64,000 bases of DNA from contig OY970303.1 in NCBI GenBank assembly GCA_963716255.1, positions 5,664,001-5,728,000 on the forward strand, in the 5' to 3' direction. Origin of the DNA: an uncultured Gemmatimonadales bacterium. GTDB taxonomy: Bacteria; Gemmatimonadota; Gemmatimonadetes; Longimicrobiales; Longimicrobiaceae. The notes under the pieces are model-generated. The model had not been told where the DNA came from. It did not search any database and saw only the letters and a program-made list of their open reading frames with translations. Made by a program: the position numbers and the translations under genes. Shown one piece after another: positions 8,730 through 17,602 of this stretch (the first letter of the stretch is position 1; each line of letters opens with the position of its first letter).

Positions 8730-10648
8730 TCGCGCACTGGATCGCGTACTGCGCCGCCATCGGGATGCTGCTCGCCCTGGGCGGGCTGGCGCTGGAGCGG
8801 GCGCTGCGGGCCGCCGCGCTCCCCACGCGCTGGGCGTGGCTGGCCGCCATGCTGCTGACGCTCGCCATCCCCGCGGCGATGCGCGCCCTGCCGCGGGAGA
8901 CCCCGCCCGCATCCTCGTCCCGCGTGGCCGCGCCCGCCGGCGCCGCCGGGGAGCGGCTGTCCCCCGCCGACCTGCCGCTGGGGCAGGCCTCGCCGCGGCG
9001 GATCGACCTCGCCGCGCTGGACCGCCCGCTCCTGCTGGCGTGGGGCGCGGCGTCGGGCGCGACGCTCCTGGCGCTCCTGGCGATGGCGGCCGTGCTGCGC
9101 CGCCGCCGCTCCGGGTGGCGCGCGGCGGAGCTTGCCGGCGTCCCCGTGCTCATCTCGCGCGACACGGGCCCGGCGGTGGTGGGGCTGGTGCGGAGCCGCA
9201 TCGTGCTCCCCGAGTGGGCCGCCGACGCCGACCCGGAGCAGCGCGCCCTGCTGCTGGAGCACGAGACGGAGCACCTGCGCGCGGGGGACCCGCGCCTGCT
9301 CGCCGTGGGGCTCGCCGCGCTGGTGCTGGCCCCGTGGAACCCGGCCGTGTGGTGGCAGCTCCGCCGCCTGCGGCTGGCCATGGAGATCGACTGCGACGCC
9401 CGCGTGCTGCGCCGCCGTGGCGACGTGCGCGCCTACGGGTCGCTGCTGCTGGAGGTGGGGCGCCGCTCGAGCGGCTCCGCCCTGGCCGTGGCCGCCTTTT
9501 CCGAACCCGCCTCGTTCCTGGAAAGGAGGATCCGCATCATGACCATGCCTCGTGAACGCTCTCCCTGGACCCGCGCCGCAGGCTTCGGCGTGCTGGCCCT
9601 GGGGCTCGCCGCCGCCGCCTGCGAGACGCCGGCGCCTACCTCCATCGCCCCCGCGCCGGTGGAGCGGGTGTACTCCGCCGCGGACGCGCCGCAGGGGCTC
9701 CAGCACGCCGCGATCAGCCCGCGCGAAGCCGTCGCCCGACACTTCCCCGAGGTCCTCACCCGGGGGATGGAGGGGAACAACGTCCTCACCTTCGTGGTGG
9801 ATCACCAGGGCAACGTGGTGCACACGTCCAGGGAGAAGCACGAGACGTTCATCGCCTCGCGTGTCCGGACCGAAGGCCACGCCGCTCCGGCGGCCGCCTC
9901 CAACGCCGAAGTGAGGGTGCAGGGTTCCCGCGTCACCGTGGCGGATGGCCAGCGCACACACTTCCGTGTCTCCTCCGCCGGCACGATCGGCGTGGAGCCG
10001 GAGCAGATCGAGTCGGTGGACGTGATGAAGTTCCCGGCCGGCGCCATGGGGCCGGACGCGGTGGACGTGCTCTGGATCCGCAAGCGCGATCCCGCCGCCC
10101 CGCCCTCGCAGCCGAAGATGCGCATGCCCGCGCCGTCCCGCACCGGTGCCGAGGCCGGTGAGGAGCAGATCGTCGTGTTCCGTGAGGGGGACCAGGCCGT
10201 GCTCCGCCGGACGACGCCGGACGGCCAGGAAGAGATCCGCGGGCAGCACGTCGAGCTTCGCGGCGACCGGGTGATCGCGCGGTCGGCGCCGGACACGGGA
10301 GGCGTCCGGGTCCATCTCCGCTCGCAGACCCGCAGCGAGGGCGGCACCATGGTGACCACCGGGGTCCCCGCGGGCGCACCGCAGCTTCCCGCCGTGGAAC
10401 AGGCGGTGGTCGTCCGCGCGGTGCAGCGCCATTACGCGTCGGCGGCCGCGCGGGGCGGGCCCACGCCCGAGATGATCTGGTTCGTGGTGGGCGCCGACGG
10501 CGAGGTGGTCCGCACCGGCAGGAGCGGGGACACGGCTCTCAACGAGTTCACGCCGGACCGGATCGCCGCGGTGGACGTGTTCAACGGAGACCGGATCCGG
10601 CTGGGCGGGGAGCCCGTGTCCGTCCTCTGGATCCGCCTCAAGGCGTGA
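8726..10648 (+). CDS. M56 family (BlaR1-like) membrane metallopeptidase with atypical C-terminal sensor region
   Basis: ATGA-coupled to the repressor; TM helices, GPAVVG..R.RIVLP, HETEH, WNP, EIDCD.RV. Confidence 0.9.
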   Translation: MIAHWIAYCAAIGMLLALGGLALERALRAAALPTRWAWLAAMLLTLAIPAAMRALPRETPPASSSRVAAPAGAAGERLSPADLPLGQASPRRIDLAALDRPLLLAWGAASGATLLALLAMAAVLRRRRSGWRAAELAGVPVLISRDTGPAVVGLVRSRIVLPEWAADADPEQRALLLEHETEHLRAGDPRLLAVGLAALVLAPWNPAVWWQLRRLRLAMEIDCDARVLRRRGDVRAYGSLLLEVGRRSSGSALAVAAFSEPASFLERRIRIMTMPRERSPWTRAAGFGVLALGLAAAACETPAPTSIAPAPVERVYSAADAPQGLQHAAISPREAVARHFPEVLTRGMEGNNVLTFVVDHQGNVVHTSREKHETFIASRVRTEGHAAPAAASNAEVRVQGSRVTVADGQRTHFRVSSAGTIGVEPEQIESVDVMKFPAGAMGPDAVDVLWIRKRDPAAPPSQPKMRMPAPSRTGAEAGEEQIVVFREGDQAVLRRTTPDGQEEIRGQHVELRGDRVIARSAPDTGGVRVHLRSQTRSEGGTMVTTGVPAGAPQLPAVEQAVVVRAVQRHYASAAARGGPTPEMIWFVVGADGEVVRTGRSGDTALNEFTPDRIAAVDVFNGDRIRLGGEPVSVLWIRLKA

Positions 10649-10840
10649 GCCGGGCGGTGCGCACGCGCGCGGGTGCGGCGGCGCTCCTCGCCGCCTGCAC
10701 CCTGCTCGCCGGATGCGTTTTTCTTTCAGAAGTACGTACCTGGCGAAGTCCTGCTCCGGGGGTGTCGAGCCTACGATGGGGCGATACCTGATCACACGGG
10801 CGACAGCGGGGCCGCTCCACTGTGGAGCGGTCCCGTACTT

Positions 10841-11053
10841 TCAGTCGCACCAGCAGCCCGGACCATCCGGCCCAACCAGGCAATACCCTCCAGGGCACAA
10901 ACTGGCGCAAGTCATCTGCAAGTGATATCCGCACTCACTGGACAGGGACGACTGTGCTGGAGATGCAAGCGCCTGGGAAGCCCCGACCGCGAACACGACG
11001 GCGCAGGAGGTGCCGAACAGGACACGCCGCAGGCGAATGAACGGACGGTTCAT
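10841..11053 (-). CDS. Small secreted six-cysteine peptide, defensin-like
   Basis: AGAGGA RBS, Sec signal ending ALA, mature part C-x7-C-x3-C-x4-C-x8-C-x-C with GYC. Confidence 0.7.
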   Translation of the reverse strand: MNRPFIRLRRVLFGTSCAVVFAVGASQALASPAQSSLSSECGYHLQMTCASLCPGGYCLVGPDGPGCWCD

Positions 11054-11259
11054 GATGTCCTCTGGGTGTGGCGTACAGCCCGCGAGCGCTGCGGGCGCGA
11101 GAAGGCGAAAGCATGTTAAGCGCCATTCTGATCAAGATCAACGTTCCCGTGGTCCCGTCCCCTGCGCACCCCGCCCGTGCGTCGTACGCAGAGTCCGCAT
11201 ATATTCGACGCTCCCTCCCGCAGTCCCCCTCGCCCCCGTTCGAGGAGCCACGCATCCGC

Positions 11260-12573
11260 ATGAGCCGAACGACCTCACGCCTCCTCCTGCTGGCGGCGCT
11301 CGCCGCCGCCGCGCCGCTGGGCGCGCAGGAGCGCGCCCACGTGTTCCGGGGCGCTACCCTCCTCCCCATCTCCTCCGCCCCCATCGCCAACGGCGTGCTG
11401 GTGGTGCGCGGCGGCAAGATCGTGGCGGTGGGCGGCCCCGACACCCCGGTCCCCGCGGGCGCCGAGGTCCACGACGTGTCCGGCAGGACCATCATGCCGG
11501 GGCTGGTGGACACCCACTCGCACATCGGCGGGGGCGACGGCGGCGACCAGTCGGCGCCGCTGCACCCCGCGGTGCGCATCCTGGACACCATCGACCCGCG
11601 GGACCCCGGGATCAAGCGTGCCCGCTCCGGCGGCGTCACCACCGTCAACGTCATGCCCGGCTCCGGGCTGCTGATGAGCGGCCAGACCGTCTACATGAAG
11701 CTGCGCGACGGCAACGCCGTGGACGACCTGCTCTTCTGCGCCGACCCGCTCCGCGACGTGTGCGGCGGGCTCAAGATGGCCAACGGCACCAACCCCCGCG
11801 GAACCGCTCCCCACCCCGGCACCCGCGCCCGCGCCGCCTCCATCGTCCGGGAGCGCTTCGTGCGGGCGCGCGAGTACCGCACGAAGGTGAACGCCGCCGG
11901 CAGGGACTCCACGAAGCTGCCGCCGCGCGACCTGGAGATGGAGGCGCTGGCGCAGGTGCTGGACGGAAGGCGCACCGTGCACTTCCACACCCATCGCGCC
12001 GACGACATCCTCACCGCGATGCGCCTGGCCGAGGAGTTCGGCTTCCGCGTCGTGCTCCACCACGTCACCGAGGCGCACCGCGTCGCCGACCGCATCGCCG
12101 CGGCCAGGGTCCCCGCCTCCATCATCGCCCTGGACGCCCCCGGCGGAAAGCTGGAGGCCGTCAACTTCAGCAACGTCAACGGCGCCGCGCTGGAGCGGGC
12201 CGGCGCGCCGCTCATCGCCTTCCACACCGACGACGGCATCACCGACTCGCGCTTCTTCCTGCGCTCCGCCGCCATGGGCGTGCGCGCCGGGATGTCGCGC
12301 GAGCGGGCGCTGGAGGCGCTGACGCTCGCCGGCGCGCGCATGCTGGACCTGCAGGACCGCGTGGGCTCGCTGGAGCGCGGCAAGGACGCCGACTTCCTCG
12401 TCCTGTCCGGCGACCCCTTCAGCGTCTACACCCACGTGGAGCAGACCTGGGTGGAGGGCTCCAGGCTGTTCGACCGCGCCGACCCCGAGCAGCGCAAGCT
12501 GGCCGTGGGCGGATACGGCGCCTACCGCGGCGCCCTGACGCACGTCCACGAGGGCGAGGAGGACCACGAATGA
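11260..12573 (+). CDS. Secreted amidohydrolase family protein
   Basis: PGLVDTHSH, HFHTHRADD, GSLERGKDADF; signal peptide. Confidence 0.9.
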   Translation: MSRTTSRLLLLAALAAAAPLGAQERAHVFRGATLLPISSAPIANGVLVVRGGKIVAVGGPDTPVPAGAEVHDVSGRTIMPGLVDTHSHIGGGDGGDQSAPLHPAVRILDTIDPRDPGIKRARSGGVTTVNVMPGSGLLMSGQTVYMKLRDGNAVDDLLFCADPLRDVCGGLKMANGTNPRGTAPHPGTRARAASIVRERFVRAREYRTKVNAAGRDSTKLPPRDLEMEALAQVLDGRRTVHFHTHRADDILTAMRLAEEFGFRVVLHHVTEAHRVADRIAAARVPASIIALDAPGGKLEAVNFSNVNGAALERAGAPLIAFHTDDGITDSRFFLRSAAMGVRAGMSRERALEALTLAGARMLDLQDRVGSLERGKDADFLVLSGDPFSVYTHVEQTWVEGSRLFDRADPEQRKLAVGGYGAYRGALTHVHEGEEDHE

Positions 12574-13778
12574 GCAGGCTCGCACCCCTCGCCGCCGTGC
12601 TGGCGGCCGCCCTCGCCGCGCCCGCGCTCCACGCCCAGCTCGCCGTCCGCGGTGAGACCGTGCACACCGTGTCCGGCCCTCCCATCCGAGACGGCGTGGT
12701 GCTGGTGCGCGACGGCAAGATCGAGCGCGTGGGCCCCGCCTCTCAGGTGCCCATTCCCGCCGGCTTCCGCGTCCTGACCGCCAAGGTGGTCACTCCCGGG
12801 CTGGTGGACGCGCACTCCGTGGTGGGGCTCGCCGGCATGCTGGGCCAGGGCGACGACCAGGACCAGCTGGACAAGACCGACGCCGTGCAGCCCGAGCTGC
12901 GCGCCGTGGACGCCTACAACGCCGCCGACCCGCTGGTGGCGTGGCTTCGCGGGCTGGGCGTCACCACCGTGCACACAGGGCACGGCCCCGGCGCCCTCGC
13001 CAGCGGGCAGACCATGGTGGTCAAGACCCGCGGCGACCACGTGGGCCAGGCGCTGGTGGACTCCGCCACCATGGTCGCCTTCACCCTGGGGCGCAGCGTC
13101 GCCGGCAACTTCCGCACGCCCGGCACCCGCGCCCGCGGCGTGTCCATGCTGCGCGCCGAGTTCCTCAAGGCCCGCGAGTACGAGCGCAAGCTCAGGGCGC
13201 CCGGCACGCCCCCCGCCCGCGACCTCCGGATGGAGGCGCTGCTGGAGGTGCTCCGCGGCCGCCGTCCCGCGCTCTTCACCGTCCAGCAGGCCCCCGAGAT
13301 CCTCGCCGCGCTCCGCCTGGCGAGGGAGTTCGGGTTCCGGCTGGTGCTGGACGGCGCCGCCGAAGCGTACCTGGTCGCCGACGAGATCCGCGCCGCCGGC
13401 GTCCCGGTGATCCTGCACCCCACCATGGTGCGCACCGGCGGCGAGACCGAGAACGCCTCCCTGGAAACCGCGAAGCTCCTCCGCGACGCCGGGATCCCCG
13501 TCGCCCTGCAGAGCGGCTTCGAGGGGTACGTCCCGAAGACGCGCGTGGTGCTCTTCGAGGCCGCCGTCGCCGCCGCCAACGGGCTGGGCGCGGACGCCGC
13601 CCTGCGCGCCGTCACCCTGGACGCCGCCCGCGTCATCGGCATGGAGCGGCGCGTGGGGTCGCTGGAGCCCGGCAAGGACGCCGACCTGGCGCTCTTCGAC
13701 GGCGACCCGTTCGAGTACACCTCGCACGTGTGCGGCGTGATCATCGAGGGGGCGGTGGTCAGCGAGACCTGCCGCTAG
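12570..13778 (+). CDS. Secreted amidohydrolase family protein (second paralogue/subunit)
   Basis: ATGA overlap; TPGLVDAHS, GSLEPGKDADL. Confidence 0.88.
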   Translation: MSRLAPLAAVLAAALAAPALHAQLAVRGETVHTVSGPPIRDGVVLVRDGKIERVGPASQVPIPAGFRVLTAKVVTPGLVDAHSVVGLAGMLGQGDDQDQLDKTDAVQPELRAVDAYNAADPLVAWLRGLGVTTVHTGHGPGALASGQTMVVKTRGDHVGQALVDSATMVAFTLGRSVAGNFRTPGTRARGVSMLRAEFLKAREYERKLRAPGTPPARDLRMEALLEVLRGRRPALFTVQQAPEILAALRLAREFGFRLVLDGAAEAYLVADEIRAAGVPVILHPTMVRTGGETENASLETAKLLRDAGIPVALQSGFEGYVPKTRVVLFEAAVAAANGLGADAALRAVTLDAARVIGMERRVGSLEPGKDADLALFDGDPFEYTSHVCGVIIEGAVVSETCR

Positions 13779-13974
13779 ACGGCTGCTCCCATCCGTCTGC
13801 CAGGGTTGCAGTTGCGTCTGTCGCGCCGGCCGGCGCGCTTGCCGGAACGGCACGGATCGGCACCCGCGGAGTGGTCCCCGGCTTGCTCCTGACCGGTCGT
13901 CGCCGGGGCCGGGCGGCCCCGGCAAAGCGGACCACCAACCAGGAACCACAACCGGCGAAACGACGGAGGTAGCC

Positions 13975-14463
13975 ATGTCCATGACCCCCTACCGCACCAA
14001 CAGCGACCCCTTCGACCGCCTCTTCGACTCCCTGTGGGGGGCGTCCGGCGGCGGCAGCCGCGGCGGCTCGCTCATGCGTGCCCCCGAGACCGACGTGGTC
14101 GAGACCGAAAAGGAGATCCGCGTGGTCACCGAGATGCCCGGCCTGAAGCCGGACGACGTCGAGGTGGACGTGGAGAACAACGTCCTCACCATCCGCGGCG
14201 AGAAGCGCGAGGAGCGCTCCGAGGGCGAGGGCGGCAAGTACCACCTGGCCGAGCGTCGCTACGGCACCTTCGCGCGCTCCTTCGTGCTCCCGCGCGACGT
14301 GGACGCCGACCGCATCGAGGCCGCCTTCGACCAGGGCGTGCTCACCGTGCGCATTCCCAAGAGCGAGCGGGCCCAGCGCCGGCGGATCCAGGTGGGCGGC
14401 GGGGGTGGCCAGGAGCAGGGGGTGGAGGTCGGGAACGGCACCGGCAGGGAGGGGCAGGGCTGA
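13975..14463 (+). CDS. Hsp20/alpha-crystallin small heat shock protein
   Basis: GGAGG RBS; EMPG, LTIRGEK, ERRYGTFARSFVLP, GVLTVRIPK. Confidence 0.95.
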   Translation: MSMTPYRTNSDPFDRLFDSLWGASGGGSRGGSLMRAPETDVVETEKEIRVVTEMPGLKPDDVEVDVENNVLTIRGEKREERSEGEGGKYHLAERRYGTFARSFVLPRDVDADRIEAAFDQGVLTVRIPKSERAQRRRIQVGGGGGQEQGVEVGNGTGREGQG

Positions 14464-14470
14464 GTTCTTC

Positions 14471-14631
14471 GGGGCCGCTCCGGAACCAGGCCAAACAGCC
14501 GGCCTGTTTCCTGCGCGGGTCGCGGAGCCAGCGGAAACGGCCCCGCTGTCTCCGCTCCGGCTGCGGGAGCCTCACGCAAACAGCCGCGTGAGTCTCCCTC
14601 CGCAAAAGATTTTGAGGGATACTGCGGGAAC
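14471..14631 (+). repeat. Structured repeat family B, copy 2
   Basis: GGGGCCGCTCCGGAACCAGGCCAAACAGCCGGCCTGTTTC...GAGCCAGCGGAAACGGCCCCGCTGTCTC...GAGCCTCACGCAAACAGCCGCGTGAGTCTCCCTCCG. Confidence 0.92.
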
Positions 14632-14640
14632 AGACGAACG

Positions 14641-14682
14641 ACAAGGCGCCCCCACCGGGAGATCCCGATGGGGGCGCCTTGT
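14641..14682. terminator. Hairpin with GGGAGATCCC apex, probable bidirectional terminator
   Basis: ACAAGGCGCCCCCA...TGGGGGCGCCTTGT between convergent genes; the same hairpin type occurs at about 56082-56120. Confidence 0.6.
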
Positions 14683-14698
14683 TGTGGTTCGTATCGTC

Positions 14699-14730
14699 GT
14701 TGCAGGCTATTCCCTGTTCCCTATTCCCTG
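14699..14730 (+). repeat. GTTGCAGGCT + (TTCCCTR)n heptamer repeat
   Basis: GTTGCAGGCTATTCCCTGTTCCCTATTCCCTG. Confidence 0.7.
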
Positions 14731-15002
14731 TCGTCCTCTTCCTCGGCCGGCGCCAGCACCTCCCTCGCCTCCTCCAGGCACTCCCGCGGCACCATCACCG
14801 TGATCCCCCGGTTGCTGGGGCCCATCCACCCCGGGCCGAAGATGGCCACGTGCTCCGTGCCCTGGACGTGCGCGGGGATCCCGGCGCTCTCCAGCGTCGC
14901 CCGGGCGAACTCCGCCTCGTACACCATCCCGTAGGTCGCCACCGGCACCCACCCGCCACCCTCCGCGGGGTCGTCCGGCTCGTGCTCGTCCGCGTATGCC
15001 AT
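14721..15002 (-). CDS. DUF2007-like putative signal-transducing small protein
   Basis: WVPVATY...EAEFARATLESAGIPA...VMVP...EEAREVL pattern. Confidence 0.75.
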   Translation of the reverse strand: MAYADEHEPDDPAEGGGWVPVATYGMVYEAEFARATLESAGIPAHVQGTEHVAIFGPGWMGPSNRGITVMVPRECLEEAREVLAPAEEEDDRE

Positions 15003-15031
15003 GCGTGCTCCCGGGGGCGGCGCGCCGCGCG

Positions 15032-15916
15032 TCAGTGCTGGGCCCCGCCGGGGCTGAAGAGGCCGTTCGCGTCCTGCACGCGCCGGATCACCGTCACGCC
15101 GTGCACGGGCACCTCCGGGACCGCCTCGGGGATCCCCATTCCCCCCATCACCACCCCCGTCCTCGCCGGCGAGAGCCTGCGCAGGCGCTTCGCCAGCCCC
15201 ACGCAGTCGGCGCGCGACTGCGGAAAGATCACCGAGGTGCAGAGCATGGCCGGGCGGCGCTCCGCCAGCGTCTCCTCCAGGTCCTCGAAGGGGACGTCCG
15301 CCCCCAGGTAGGTCACCCGCCACCCGCGCGCCGCCAGGTGCACCGCCACCCCCATGAGCCCCAGCTCGTGGCGCTCCCCGGGGATCCCCGCGAGCACCAC
15401 CTCCGGGCCGTCCGCCGGGGCCGTGCCCAGGAAGCCCAGCATCCAGTCCAGCTTCTCGCGGACGAACACCGAGGCGAAGTGCTCCTGCGTCACCGTCGCC
15501 TCGCCGTGCTCCCACATCTCGCCCACGCGGCGCAGCAGCGGCATCAGCACCTCCTCCACGCGGTCCGCGAAGCAGAGCGTGGGCAGGCGCTCGTACAGCC
15601 GGTCCGCGGCGCCGCGGTCGAAGTCCAGGAGGGCGGCGAGGATGGCGTCCCGCACGGCGTCCGTGGAGGCAGCCGCCTCGGGGAGCGCGGGGACCTCCTC
15701 GCCGCGCTGCAGGATCGCCACCGCCTCGCCCACCTTGAGGCCGCGGTCCAGCAGCGCCTTGACCCGCGCGATGGTGTCCACGTCCTGGTCGGAATAGACA
15801 CGGTAGCCGCCGGCGGTGCGTTGCGGCGACACCAGCCGGTAGCGCCGCTCCCAGGCCCTCAGCGTGGCGGTGTTGATCCCCGTCAGCGCGGCCACGCTCT
15901 TGATCCGGTAGCTCAT
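15032..15916 (-). CDS. MerR family regulator with cobalamin-binding domain (CarH/LitR-like)
   Basis: MerR HTH (TLRAWERRY..P.RT.GGYRVYS), W-x9-EH (VGEMWEHGEATVTQEH), ERHELG, YLGADVP. Confidence 0.88.
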   Translation of the reverse strand: MSYRIKSVAALTGINTATLRAWERRYRLVSPQRTAGGYRVYSDQDVDTIARVKALLDRGLKVGEAVAILQRGEEVPALPEAAASTDAVRDAILAALLDFDRGAADRLYERLPTLCFADRVEEVLMPLLRRVGEMWEHGEATVTQEHFASVFVREKLDWMLGFLGTAPADGPEVVLAGIPGERHELGLMGVAVHLAARGWRVTYLGADVPFEDLEETLAERRPAMLCTSVIFPQSRADCVGLAKRLRRLSPARTGVVMGGMGIPEAVPEVPVHGVTVIRRVQDANGLFSPGGAQH

Positions 15917-16145
15917 CCCTGGTGGCGTCCTGTACGCGTTGCCGCGGAGCCGATCCGCGAAAAAAACAGAGCCTGCCGCCGCGAGGGCCTGCGGCCGAAA
16001 TCAAATATTTAGAGTTCTACAAAGGTTAGCCGCAAAGGCGGCATCCACGCAAGATGCTGCCTTTGCGTCAAAAGGTCCACCTCCATGCAGCGGCGCCCGG
16101 GACCGCGCCGCGGCCCCGGGCGTCGTTCGTCCCCGCCGGCCGGGA

Positions 16146-16853
16146 TCAGTCGCGGTTGCCGAGCAGCGCCACGTCCACCGAGCGCAGCGGGCGCCCCGCG
16201 CCCAGCGTGTCCATCACCCGCTCCGGCGAGGGGCCGTAGCGCAGCTTCACCGCCCGCATCCCCAGCAGCAGGTTCACGGTGAGCAGCGTCCCCGGCACCT
16301 CCGTTCCCGACAGCATCCCGGCGAGCTGGTCTGCGGCGCCCTCGGTGAAGTTCTTCGCCACGATCACCAGCGCGTCCGGCATCTCCTCCACGGCCGCCTG
16401 CACCGTCCGCCTGGCCTCGCCGCCCAGCGAGAAGGCCACCTGCGGGTACGCCAGGACGATCCCTTCGCGCTCGGCGCCGCGGAAGCGGATCGCCGGCTCC
16501 GGCCCCACCTCGGCGACCTCGCCGCTCCCCGTGAGGTCCTCCACCACGTAGCGAACCACGCCGCGGAACTCGTCCGCCGCGGCCACGCCCTTGAGCGCCA
16601 GGCGGCGCACGTTGTCGGCGAAGTGGCGGTCGGCGTCGAAGTCGCGGAACCAGGGGAGCAGGCGCGCCGCGGTCTCCCGGTCCACCCCGCCGGTGGCCTC
16701 GATCGCGTCCAGCAGCGCGCTCCCCGCCAGGTGCGGCTCGCGCGCGGCGACCGTCCGGAGCGCCCGGGCCATGCGGGCGTGGGGGTTCTCCCGCGCCGAG
16801 CCGTGCGGCAGCCCCCGGGGGGCGGGGAGGGGAAGGTTTCCGAACCAGATCAT
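16146..16853 (-). CDS. Hypothetical protein, possible restriction-endonuclease-like fold in the C-terminal half
   Basis: Clean ORF from MIWFGNLP; DALVIVAKNFTEGA resembles the tail of the Mrr_cat domain. Confidence 0.65.
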   Translation of the reverse strand: MIWFGNLPLPAPRGLPHGSARENPHARMARALRTVAAREPHLAGSALLDAIEATGGVDRETAARLLPWFRDFDADRHFADNVRRLALKGVAAADEFRGVVRYVVEDLTGSGEVAEVGPEPAIRFRGAEREGIVLAYPQVAFSLGGEARRTVQAAVEEMPDALVIVAKNFTEGAADQLAGMLSGTEVPGTLLTVNLLLGMRAVKLRYGPSPERVMDTLGAGRPLRSVDVALLGNRD

Positions 16854-17011
16854 CGAACCTCTCGTGATGAACGGATGGAGTGTGGCCTGGACGATGGCCA
16901 AACCGCCCGGGATCGTCAAGACGCCCGGGAGCGCCGCCACGGCTTGACACCGGGGGCTCCGGGCGCATCTTGGTACCCTGAAAGCCACCCGGGACCCATG
17001 CAGGAGACGCC

Positions 17012-17602
17012 GTGCACCGACCTCTGGGGATCGCGCTCTGCGCGACGATGCTGCTCGCCGCCTGCAAGATCGAGCGGACGCCGCGCCAGTTCTACTCGCA
17101 GCGCGACCCCGCCGCCACCGAGCGGGAACTGTTCGAGGCCGAGCTCACCGACCGGGTCGCGGCCATGGGCCCCGCGCTGGACCGCGGCGACACCGGGGGC
17201 GCGGTGTTCGCCCTGTCGCCCGCGCCGGACGCCTACGTGATCGGGCCCGGGGGCGGGAATCCCGCCCTCGGGCCCGAGGGACTCGCCGAAGTGCTCCGCT
17301 CGGTGCGCGACACCGTACCCGCCGCGGTGCGCCTGGACGGAGTGCGCGTGGCCTTCGGGCCCCGCGCCCAGACCGCCTGGGTGGCCGCGGGGGTGGAGGT
17401 CACGCCCACCGGGCCCGCGGCGGCCGGCGCGGCGCCCGACACCCTGCGCTTCACCGGCGTCTACCAGCGAGTGCGGGGCGAATGGCTGCTGATGCAGGCC
17501 CACCTGTCCCGCCGCTTCACTCCTCCGGCTGCGCCCGCGCCGAGTCCGGCCGACTCGGCTCCGCCGGAAGCCGCATCACCGGAACCGGCTCCTCCCACCT
17601 GA
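17012..17602 (+). CDS. NTF2/SnoaL-like lipoprotein
   Basis: GGAG RBS, lipobox LLAAC, RFTGVYQR..GEW...QAHLS ending. Confidence 0.75.
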   Translation: MHRPLGIALCATMLLAACKIERTPRQFYSQRDPAATERELFEAELTDRVAAMGPALDRGDTGGAVFALSPAPDAYVIGPGGGNPALGPEGLAEVLRSVRDTVPAAVRLDGVRVAFGPRAQTAWVAAGVEVTPTGPAAAGAAPDTLRFTGVYQRVRGEWLLMQAHLSRRFTPPAAPAPSPADSAPPEAASPEPAPPT

